DNA of 60,804 bases, filler included, from Sphacelaria rigidula (taxonomy: Eukaryota): the NCBI GenBank assembly GCA_964200075.2. It is 10 parts of 10 records of this genome, joined end to end, with 100 filler letters (N's around TTAATTAATTAA, not from the genome) between each part and the next. Parts side by side here need not be neighbours in the genome. Positions count along the whole stretch, not along the records: positions 48,725 to 54,714 come from CAXNAA020022976.1; positions 54,815 to 60,804 come from CAXNAA020022977.1; 8 more parts are not named here. The stretch is one strand, 5' to 3'. Below, piece after piece: positions 50,145 to 60,804 of this stretch (its first letter is position 1; every line of letters starts with the position of its first letter). A program made the translations under genes and the position numbers. The notes below the pieces were generated by a model. The model ran no database searches, was not told the DNA's origin, and worked only from the letters and a program-made list of their open reading frames with translations.

Positions 50145-53100
50145 GGCGTGATCTTTTCTTCAGATCCATCCGCAGTTTGGAACCCTCATAAATTAATAAC
50201 TGATCGAGGAGAAGAAGAGGAAAAGCTTGAGATGGAGCGATCGGCGATAGCTTTCGTGCGCTTTGGGTAAACCTATCCGCACCGGAGGTCGTTGCCACCA
50301 GCGAGGGGTGTGGCAACTTCGCAGGACACAACTTGTTCAGATACGAAGAACTTTGTAGGAGGTAACCTGAGCCGGGAAGCGTTCGATGCCGCCCAGGTGA
50401 GCCGAAACGATACCATGGACAGCGAAGATCCACACCGCATGTAGGTGGACATAATATCGATAATCCGTACAGTATTCCCATCCCCAGTTCCATAGAGACA
50501 CACCGGTTTACCAACTTCGTATGGAATACTACTTCTGTGTATTTTTTTCCGAAACAAGGCGTTGCCAAAATGTCCGGGGAGGCTCATGTCTGATGCGTAT
50601 TCACCCACACAGGCTTCGTACACGTTTTCTTCAAGTTCCGCCGTTTCAGCGTGCCCGAAAGGCAGCTGCGATCAGATCGACTCGAGTTCAAGTACCCCAA
50701 GGCCTTGGCCTGGATTCTCGCACGTTCGTCTGCTTAGGGCCGACCTTCGGATACGATGTGAAGTGGGAACACGACGTTGCCCGCGGCAACCACACTCACA
50801 CGCAGACCCCTCGCTGGTGTGGGTGAAACCCGAACTCTGATCTCGTATGCCTATTCGTTTCTTGATGAGCACGAAGTCACACCTCTACGAGGTCATCATG
50901 AGAACGCTTGCCACAGGAGTCACGTTGGGCGTATTTGTTTTTACTTCAACGCACCATCTTCTTCTCGTGTTTCGAGTCTGGGGGATACTCGTGCGCACGT
51001 TTGCGTTTTGTGCTCGTATCCCTCTCACAACAAACGTCGTTTTAGTGTACAAATGCGTGAGAAGTGTAAGAGTCATGCTACGATAGGGGGGGGGGGATTC
51101 TGGGCCGTTTCCTTCCACGAAATTCTGCGTGGAATAATCGTTAATAGTAGCAACGGTTGTTCAAATGCGCTTGCTTCCGATAAATAACGCTCACTCATAC
51201 CGCTTGACACCGCTTTTACCCAAATACAAGCGCACCGCGAGTGTGTTAGGTCGTCTGAAATATTTATGAGTCCATTTTTTCGTGGAATCAAACACCCCCC
51301 CCCCCCCCCCTATCGTAGCACGACTCGTAAGCTGAAAAAAAGTCAATGTGCTGTCATTCTTTTTTTACGCCAAATGCGACCGGTTTTGGTCTGCCTTTCT
51401 ACGTGATCCCTCAGTATCCGACACGAAGTATCGAAATGTGGAGGGTTTGCCGGGCGTCCTTCGACAAGTTGATCCCCTTCTGTGTTCTAGCTCCAGCAAT
51501 ATATACGAGGGGCAGTATACCGCCATAGTTAGGTCAAAATTTGATGTACATTTGATCCACCTCCCCAAAGTACATGACCTCGAACATCGCGAGCCCGGAT
51601 CGGAGTGTGCGGGAACGTGTGGGCTCTATCGATTCGGTACTGCGTATGCTTCTACAATAATCGGTTCAGTGTTCGCTTTACTGTCTTCAACTCTGTGTGT
51701 AGTATGTTTACGCGTATCCCGTCCACCTGCTGGGCTATTTTACAGACGTGGATCGGCGGGGGACGAAGCACACCGTAGCGGAAGATGTTCGTACCGTACT
51801 CACGAAGCATTGCAACACGCTTCTTGGAAGACAGTTCCTGTTTTTTTTGTGTGGAGGACGTGACATTCTCGGCGCGCAAGGCTTCTTGCTCTGCAGCAAA
51901 GCAAATCGAAGTCCCAGGCTGCCGAGCTATTGGCAGGGCAGCAGCGACGGGCACACCAGGCATCATCGCCGTCTACCAGCTCTCTTGCTTATGTGTTCCC
52001 TCAATTGACGATATTCAAACGTTTCGTGAAATAACATGTATACTTTGAGTACGGGGAATGACTTCGATAGGAGCCCCGCCGAATGCCCGCCTAACAATCG
52101 CACTCCCCACCCCACGTCCACGCTACTCCCTACCTACAGCTGCGAAGTATGCCACGACCAGCACCAAGAGAAGTGCTCTTTTATCTGCCGCGGCACCACG
52201 GCCGGGCCATCCGAACACTGCTGGAAGGAGGTCGACAAAGGCGGCGACGCGGATCTCAGCACCAAGGAGTACCACCAGCATCAGTTCTTCGAACGCATTC
52301 CGGACAACCTACCATAGGGGTCCACGCCTCTACTCCTGGTCGACCCTGCAAGACACGGCGGTCAGGGTATAGTGTCAGTATTGATAGCCCACGCCGAGCC
52401 CATGAACGTCATCCGGCAACTCACACGATGGTATGTTCGCCAACGGCGACACGATTTCGTGGATAGTCGATCTTGAGCTAGTGGCGGAGACAGAGCGTGT
52501 GGAATATGTGGTTCCGGATAAGGTTTCCGCCACCGCAAGTGCGGACGGCCCCCCTCAGCTGCATAGCAAGTTTGGGACAAGGTCTTAGAGGTTACATGGC
52601 GCGGGTGGCAACGCAGGAGGGGAGCAAACGTTTCGAACTACTAAATGACGTGGTTGAAAATGCGCGGTCGAGTGTCGTCCTGCTATCGACATATCCTCCT
52701 TTCGGGTTCAGGGACTTTGAAGCCGTGCCTTTATCTGCAGAGGATATCGACCGGTACCCACTACGAGCCAAACGTTTCGGCATTGGAACAAAAGTCGCCA
52801 AAACGTTCGCGGGGCCCACATTCGAGCAGTTCTACGGTAGGTGTTGTACTTTCTGGTTCTGGGGCTCCCCTTCTTGCTGGAGCACAAATATGTTGGGCTT
52901 ACTGTGCAACCCTAACCCTTTGGAGACCAGGCTCTAAGAAACATGGTTGTGTTCGCACGCAGGGACCTTTTCGTGAAGCGGCATCATTTTCAGTCCTTTT
53001 CAAGGAAGGCTGATGCCGATTTACAAAATGGCCCCTCCAACACCCCGAGCATATCCGAGAACGATTTCAGCTAGAAAAGTGCAACCCCTACCGTAGCATC

Positions 53101-54256
53101 ACTCATTCAGATAAGGGTAGCGTATGTATGGAGGGTCAAACAAAGGCTTCAAGCCAAGGTCACTTCGGACGAAACAGACGGCATGCCGCGATGTAACCGG
53201 TACGAACTACTGTATGGGAGGGAGACCAGGCCACGTTTCGGGGCGCGGCGGGTCGAGTGGATGGTGGACGGAGTCGTCGTAGAAAAGCACATCTTAAAAC
53301 GTCGTTGGTACAAAACGGGGGTTCTTCGTCTTGCTGATGATGCGGAAACGAATTTCGGTACAGGAGCAGATCATAGAGCAGGGGTGGCTGATTTCTAGAT
53401 CACTACTCGTAGTCGTAAAATCGAGTATCCTGACGTTCCATGTGGGTGAACTTTGCCGAGAATGACTATGCGTGGGTGTACGAAATTCGAGTCGCGCCGA
53501 CCATAAGGAGATCCTCTCGCAGGCAAATATCTCAAAGTGACCTATCCCTCACAGTTTTAACACAGTCAGGTAATAACCCAGGAAGAAGTGTACCCCTACC
53601 ATGGCCCTTCTCGTTGCGTCTTTTGGCTTCTATTTAATCATGATATGTATTTCACTCTCAGCAGACATCGGTACAGTGGGATCTGGGACGAAGGGCTCCC
53701 CACAAGCAATTCATGTAATAAGGAACAACTGGGTTGGACAAATGACCATACATTTTTGCAAACAGTCTGTCTAAGAGTCATGGTTGTACGTTGTTTCTAT
53801 GAATAACACGTGATTAACTATCTTTACTTCTCTCTGATGAGTGGTTGAGTTATTGATTGGCGTTGCTCGTCGCTAGATACGAGACCCGTTACTTCAAATC
53901 CAGCTGCGGTGACAAGATTGATGCACAAAGGGCGAATGCTCGAAAACGCACGTCGAGATACACTCGAGAAATAGTGTAGGTATGGGCAAGAAAAATAAGG
54001 TAGAACGAATGATGATATGCTGAAAAACAAAAAAATGAGCAAACAGGGAAGATACTAGACGAAGATCCGGTACAGGTTCCGCATGTCTTCAGGTGAGGAG
54101 TTCGTGAAAAAAATCAAGGCCGTGGAAGCATGTTATGACTCCATCTCTTCATCCGTTGTGTATCGGTTGATCTCGTACGGTCTCTTTCCTGGGGCCATCT
54201 GGTAGGGATCGGCAATCCTCTGCATCGTTGCTGGTGCTGGTGCTGCTGTAGCTGTA

Positions 54257-54262
54257 GTTGTT

Positions 54263-54334
<72 letters not shown>

Positions 54335-54335
54335 G
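54257..54335. repeat. (GTT)n microsatellite
   Basis: Near-perfect trinucleotide run. Confidence 0.97.
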
Positions 54336-54509
54336 ACGTTAGTTATGATGGTCTTAGCAGGGCCGGTACAACATCTATCGTAGCGTTATTTAATATATCC
54401 CTTTCCTTTCTTTCCCCTCCCTTTTTGATCTTCTTCTTTTCCCTTGGTTTTTTGTCTGTGAATGTGTGAGATATCTAGAACTTCATACTTCTTTTGTATC
54501 GGGTTCAAC

Positions 54510-54645
54510 AAAAATTCTAACAAATGATTTTCCATACCTAACGTAGAAGAAGTATATATTAAATCTGCTATTATTTGATCAGCTCCATCATAACCAAGAA
54601 ATAATGGTCTATAACTCAAGGAAAGTTATGATATGAACAGCTGAA
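54510..54645 (-). pseudogene. chlB: Plastid-derived fragment (NUPT) of light-independent protochlorophyllide reductase subunit B
   Basis: AT-rich island translating [42 protein letters not shown], versus the ChlB motif [43 protein letters not shown]; small indels present. Confidence 0.85.
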
Positions 54646-54814
54646 AACAGCCAACCATCTATGTTGAGGATGGTGCTTTTGATTGAGGATGAGAACCCGG
54701 AGGATTAAAATCTTNNNNNNNNNNNNNNNNNNNNNNNNNNNNNNNNNNNNNNNNNNNNTTAATTAATTAANNNNNNNNNNNNNNNNNNNNNNNNNNNNNN
54801 NNNNNNNNNNNNNN

Positions 54815-55323
54815 GGCCCTATCTGCCACCACAACATTGGACGCAAATTGGCGGTGCAGATAGATGCGTTAAGCTCGATTGAGCAAGTATTGCAGATCAT
54901 TGTGGTATTTGTCTGGTCTTGTTCTTGTCGTGGAAGTGTGATGTGTAATTTAGTGCCGAAACTCATGAGTATAACTTGGCCTTGGCTCCGAAGGTATGCG
55001 AAGAATTAAAGCTTCATTAACACGAATCTTTATGTACTTTTTTATGTAAGGGATTCAGTAACCCCCCCCCCTCCCCACCCCCAACCACCCCGCCCTAAAA
55101 TCGGCATAGGGCCTCGCATTGTTTTTTGGGCACTCCTGGCTAAATAAATAAAAATTATTCATGGGTTTCGGCAATGCATTGCACATCACACTTCCACGAC
55201 AAGAACAAGACCAGACAAATAACACAATGCTCTGCAATGCTTGCTCAGTCAAGCTAAACGTATTTATCTACATCGTCAATTTGCGTCCAATGTGCGTCGC
55301 ATCTTGTGGTGGCAAATACGGCC
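54815..55323. repeat. Long inverted repeat (~155-bp arms, ~185-bp spacer), foldback element
   Basis: 54815-54970 is the reverse complement of 55155-55323 (e.g. TATTTGTCTGGTCTTGTTCTTGTCGTGGAAGTGTGATGTG / CACATCACACTTCCACGACAAGAACAAGACCAGACAAATA). Confidence 0.9.
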
Positions 55324-56454
55324 AACAATCATGGGCGCTACCTCACTCAAGTCGCCCCAAATGGCCATTTATTGAGTGTTTCCTTATGTGAAAAAAAAAA
55401 AAAAACTACGACCGCAGGAGGGGGGAGGGGGGGAGGGGACAGTCACCCCCGCCATACCGAGTAGGTGTGGGGATTTCTTCAACTATTTTATCATATTNNN
55501 NNNNNNNAAAGACTCTTATTGGGTGTGTTTTCAAAAAAAAAAAAAAAAAAAAAACCGGCGGCGGGGGGGGGGGGGGGGGGGGGGGGGGTGTGTGCACAGA
55601 GTCTCGGAGTTTTTTCTCGGGGCAATCCTGTGCCATTTAAGACCAAGACTTTCAGCTCCTCGATACGTATGAGGGGTCACATTTTCTACAATTTTTCCAC
55701 ATTTTTGACGGAAAAATAAGCCAAATAACGCAATTTTTCTCGCCTCTGGCAGCGCTCCCGCGGGCCCCCCTTACCAGCCGGGGGGGGGCGTTGGCGGCTC
55801 GCGGCTTTCGCCAATTAACTGGGAAACAATTGATGTACTGGCCGCTGGCGCGGCCAGTTTAAACTTAACTGGCCAGAGCAGCCAGTTCACAGCGCTAGTT
55901 TTTTGTCTCGCAGTTTTGTTTGGGTTAGTTTTACGTATTTTCTACATTCCAAATGATCCATCATTCTTGAGCCGGAAGCAACTTTACGCTCCAACTCTAA
56001 ACATTGGGCGGCGCATGGGCCTAGAAACCTAGAAACTTCAAAATTGCCTCTAGGATGGCCCAGCTCGTAACGGCCCCTCACCTCACGAGACTTTTTCTCG
56101 TCTTCTTGAGGGCGTCTCATTGACCGCTACCTGCTATAATATCAACAACACAACGCTGTGCTACATGTTGCGGTAGCGTACTGCGTATAATATAACATGA
56201 TGCAAATGAGAGAGCCAGCCGGGGCCTGCTAGAGCAGGAGATTATTGAGAAAGACGGACAGGACGTTGAGTACCTGGTGCTGCAGCATTGATGTACAGAC
56301 AGTCAGCGCAGACAAGTGAACTGCTTGTCAGTGTCATTTTGCCAGCAGGTTCTGACGCCCACAGATAGATATAGCCGATAGCTATTCCTCTAAACAAAAC
56401 ATGCGTAGCCCTGCTGACAAGCAGTAACACATGGTACGATCTCACCTTACTTAC

Positions 56455-56676
56455 TGAATGTGCTGTTCGCCTTCTGTTGGCGACAGCCGTGCGCGATCTT
56501 CGCGCTGAGAGATGATTCAGGAGCGTAGGGCTTCCAACCTCAGTTTGAAAACTGGTACGTGTAGAAACGAAAGCCGCGCAAGAGCAACAAGGACGAAACG
56601 GCAACATAGCCAACGGCGCAGTAGCAATCAATAATGCCCCCTTTAATGCGTACAACAAATAATAGGTCTTCATCAT
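56455..56676 (-). CDS. Putative first exon encoding a bipartite (signal + transit) plastid-targeting presequence
   Basis: MMKTYYLLYALKGALLIATAPLAML...CSCAA-FVSTRTSF...SARRSRTAVANRRRTAHS followed by donor |GTAAGT; AA-F resembles the stramenopile ASA-F cleavage motif. Confidence 0.4.
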
Positions 56677-58790
56677 TATACACGCGACGCCCTGTCCATG
56701 TGTCTCACTGGAGCATTTTGTACTTGACCCAGCTGCCGTGTCGGGTGTGGTTAGTCTGAAAGGTACGAAACGAAACATGCGTCGTGACATGATCGGCGGT
56801 TTCATGTCATATTTGAGCCGTCTCAAAAAATGACGGTAGACAACACCCCTGACTCACTACTCACTACTCATTACAGTATCACGTATACTACTCAAGCTCA
56901 AATTTTGATTGTTTTCTTCACAAATACGACCAGGACATAGGCTTGATCTACCGAAAATGCTGAAGGGTTAGAATCTGGGGTAAAACTTGTCAGGACCCAC
57001 GATGACCGGCCAGCCCGTAAGTCACTCGACATAGTGCTGAGGACAGTACTGATGATTTTTTTCTTCTTGGAATGTACCGGGGAGATGGGTTCAAAGTGCG
57101 ACAAATAAAAAATGAAAAAATGGGATGTAGACCGGATACAGGACCTGGTACCTTCAGATCCCCGATGTGATGAACGGTGGTGGCGAGCGAACTAGCCTCC
57201 TAACTAAAAAATCGTCAATTGCGAATATATTTCAAAATGAATACAGTACTTCAGGTGCTATTATACTTCTTCTGTCAAAGACTTTCCATCACAGATAGAT
57301 GCAGTACAATAGTAGTATATCCAAATAAATATTAGTGTATTACGATTTGATTGCGCTGCCGAACCACTACTACTACTACTTACTGTTGTTGTACTGCTGT
57401 CTGCGTTCTTCAGCAGATCCAGGTGGAGTACTCGTAGTATGCCACAGCGGGGTGTTATGCCATGTTTTTTTTTTTTCTGCAGGCGCCGCACTGGATCTCG
57501 TACATACACATGCCCCCGGCTTGAGAAACAAGTCGTGTCATTTGTTGAGCAGTGGGTGCTCTAGCGGTGAAGCACACGGCATGGCGCAGGATATGTCATC
57601 TCTTGGACGGGCATTGGCCGCTATTGTGGGTGGTGTGCTTGTTTGCGCCGGTGGGTGAAACGAAAGTGTCGCAGAAGGTATTTCATGTTCATGGTGTACT
57701 CGCAACAACTGAAACAGAGCAGGTGTCTATATATTGTATTTTCTGTTCCATGTACAATAGTACAAGTACTGTCTGCACTGGTTGCGTACCAGCTCTCCAC
57801 AGTATGCTGACACTCTGAACTAGCTTCTTACCACCGCGCTGCCCGTGTACACACTCAACCAAACACCCTCGAATATCGGTTTAGACTGTACGCCCTCATG
57901 CGACTTGTACCCACTCCTGCATACAGCGCTATCCCTTCATGAAGTGCCTTATTTAGTGCATGCTCGCGCGCAGGTAATATGCACATACCATAAACAGCAC
58001 GTACGTTCTGACGGAAAGGATATCAATGTTTCTGGCTTGGAACCTGCCCTGAAGATTTTGCGCACTTTTGACGCTTTGATCTCCACCCGGTTCATGGCAG
58101 CGTGTGTACGAAAAGGTCCGAACATTACGCGAGAAGCTGCGATATACTAGAGCATATCTCGATATCTCCCAGAAGTCGTTGGGTAAGTGAGTGGGGTACA
58201 TCAAACTCACAAGATTTGTGTTTCGGTCTGATGTAGTGTACGGTACAAGCTACAGGGTGTTGTGTGAGATCTATCGACTATTTGCACGACGTGCGGGGTA
58301 CATACCAGATCTACGAAACACATGCCAAGCAATGAGGGGAGGAAACCTTCAACCTGTAGCGTATAGCGAGTAGTTCACGTGACCCAATGATGGGTACGTA
58401 GACAACGCCTATGCTCGTCATGCGCAGCTTCGCATCTGCCAATGCCGTACAATCAATGGCATGGTGGGCGTGGTGTTTGTGGTGATCAGCGTTCAACATA
58501 GTACCATGCCACCGCACTCACTAAATTTCGCGAGAGGTCCCAGGCCCGCTGTGTGGTCCACGTTGCCACAATGAAAATATTGGAGAGTACCCTACTGATC
58601 TACGGTAAAGCCTGCCTGTTGTTTCACGGCCTTACGTAGTTTTAGTATTTTGTCGTTCACTACAGTATATTGTGCCGTACTGGCCATACTGTACTGTAGT
58701 ACTACAGCACAGTTACGGTCTCGAAGATTTGCCTCTTATTACCTCAAGAGGGGGTAACGGTGGTACTACACGTACTGCGAAAAGAGTTAA

Positions 58791-58888
58791 CCCGTGGCCA
58801 GCGACAGTAGGTCATCTGTTGAATCGGCATCAGTTTCACTTGAAACAAGTATGCGTACTCCAGATGGACTACGTTCGCGGTCTAAGGG
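58791..58888. mobile_element. piggyBac-type MITE (98 bp), same family as 15395-15492
   Basis: TTAA|CCCGTGG...CGCGGTCTAAGGG|TTAA with core TGAATCGGCATCAGTTTCACTTGAAA. Confidence 0.82.
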
Positions 58889-60443
58889 TTAACCGTACGT
58901 ATACCGGTACGCCGCTATTGCGAGTCTTGCCAATAACGCACGAGTACGCTTTTGTAGAGCAGCGTCTTTTACTAGAGCTCGAAATTGGTTTGTCCAACCA
59001 TTGATCAGTTGAATGTTTACGCCTAGCGCAACCATCAACCAGTTAAATGGTACATTGTGGTTAGGTCATCGACCGGCGCAGCCGCGAGCCAAAAAGCCCC
59101 CCCGACAGAGGGGGCCCCGCCGGAAGCACCGTGTCGGAGGCACGTTTTTACGAGAGCTGACTTCACGAGAGCTAAGAAATACGGTAAATTTGCGCCAATT
59201 TTCAAGGGTTGTACGTAGCTTACGTAGCCGGTCACGGCTTGTAAAGCCGGTATAGAAAGCGGGTAACGGTAAAGAATGGTTTGAAATCATTATCCAAATG
59301 TTTCATATAACCATCACCACGAATCTGGGGCCAAATCGGGGGAGATGCGGGAGTCTCCCATCTGAGCAGAAAGGTGATGAACCAAAAGTCAGCGCCCAGA
59401 GAACCAGAGAACTGATCTGGTTTCCTCAGAGCTGGGCAAAAAACATTGCCCAACGGACTGGGGTCCGAAAGTCAATTCACGGGAGAAAATCGGGTTCAAA
59501 CGGGCTGAAATCCTCATAATTTTACAAACACGAATTGGTTGCCATACAAAGTGGTCTAACTGGTACCATTTCCGAGCTGGTACGTTTTACCGAAACCCGG
59601 ACAATCTCGTTTGACCTCCAGTTAGTGTACCGTTTGGGAAAACGGGTCTGGTCCGAAGTTTTATTTCGTCACGTGCGTGCAGGGGACTGCCGGTAGACGG
59701 GTAGACGAACACCGCCTGCGACGCCTGAACAATAATCCGGCTAAAACCTGGACGAGTTGACCACGTGTGCTGTTGGGGCAGAATTAATGAATTCAAAATC
59801 TACTGCCAACAAGCACCGGTGGTCGTCCGTGTTGTGCCGGAAAAATTATACTCATGTGGACAGTGTGTACCATCGGCACCCGGTGCACATACAATTTTTC
59901 CGGTGTTGTGCGGGGTTTGCGCTGCGTTTTACTTCTTCATGCACGCGTATTTCGACCCATCAACTCTCGGTGTATGTATACTGTTGTACAGAATGTGTTG
60001 GATTGTGGCTGTCTTATTATCCATCCAATCCATTACATTCCTACGCCAATTGGTCGACAATATTCATGGTTGAACGAATACTTGGTTGTTGTCTTCACAT
60101 TAGAACACCGTTCCGATATCCGCGCAGTTCTCTATACTGGGCATCTGATGCGGACGCCTTCTGTGCGGTCACAGCCTAACTACCCCAACACAGGGTGAAG
60201 AAAAATAACGAAATAAAATCGGACCCAGAGAACTCCACCCAGACGCGATGCTAAAGAAAAGCGAATAAAATAAAAATAATCACAACAAAAAAAGGAGGGA
60301 ATTGAAAGAAAAGGAAAAACTGCCTGCCTCCCAAGCTCCGATGCCGCGTGCGACTATTTGGGCTACTGAAGGCAGGGCCCATTGGTCCACTCAACACGCG
60401 AAGCCAAACCGGCGGAAGGGAGCCAAACACAAGGACCAAGATC

Positions 60444-60634
60444 AGGCCCTGTCTTAGCACATGAGTTGTCGATCGAAATTGTGCGGTGGAAAGCAAAAAC
60501 CCCGATCGGATAGGTCGCACTTTCGACCATCGTCGTTAATTTTTAAAATGGTTGAAATCATGACCTATCAGATCAGGATTTTTGCTTTCCACCGCACTAT
60601 ATCGATCGAAAACTCATGTGCTAAGGGCGTGTCT
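60444..60634. mobile_element. MITE homologous to 25347-25534
   Basis: CTTAGCACATGAGTTGTCGATCGAAATTGTGCGGTGGAAAGCAAAAA...TTTTTGCTTTCCACCGCACTATATCGATCGAAAACTCATGTGCTAAG. Confidence 0.8.
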
Positions 60635-60804
60635 TAGGCCAGATCTTATGGCACACAGATTTTTGGCGCATGGATTGTTCACTTTTGGGACGTTTGAGCC
60701 ACTTTTTGACCCTCAAACAGGGAAAATCGCCAACACACGTCTCGGACACATTGCATCACCCCACAGAGAGGAGCCCATCTCACTTTTCCGATTCGCTTGG
60801 CTCC

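Noticed and set aside
5992..54814. Regular ~6.09-kb periodic TTAATTAATTAA motif flanked by Ns
   Set aside because: Assembly concatenation linker, not biology; it also rules out any multi-gene 'system' spanning blocks.

Overview
This is eukaryotic, repeat-rich nuclear DNA, most consistent with a brown alga or related photosynthetic stramenopile. That assignment is an inference from short GT-AG exons in kb-sized introns, a chlB plastid-derived fragment and a candidate bipartite plastid-targeting exon. The window is not contiguous: ten unrelated contigs of 5991/5990 bp (1-5991, 6092-12082, 12183-18173, 18274-24264, 24365-30354, 30455-36444, 36545-42534, 42635-48624, 48725-54714, 54815-60804) are joined by artificial 100-bp linkers (N44-TTAATTAATTAA-N44), so synteny across linkers is meaningless. 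Recognisable content includes two exons of a 5-methylthioribose kinase gene and a decayed Ty3/Gypsy element (RNase H, Pro-rich spacer, integrase, chromodomain, PWWP-like domain, PPT, 477-bp LTR). That element is nested in the RT of a second Gypsy and itself carries a MITE. There is also an RTE-type LINE remnant, two tRNA-derived SINE families, several MITE/foldback families (one piggyBac-type with TTAA sites), a chlB NUPT, microsatellites and a few orphan exons. The best novelty candidate is the tandem chromodomain plus PWWP-like reader at the integrase C-terminus. Most ORFs in the supplied track are spurious. No prokaryotic system such as CRISPR or an operon is present.
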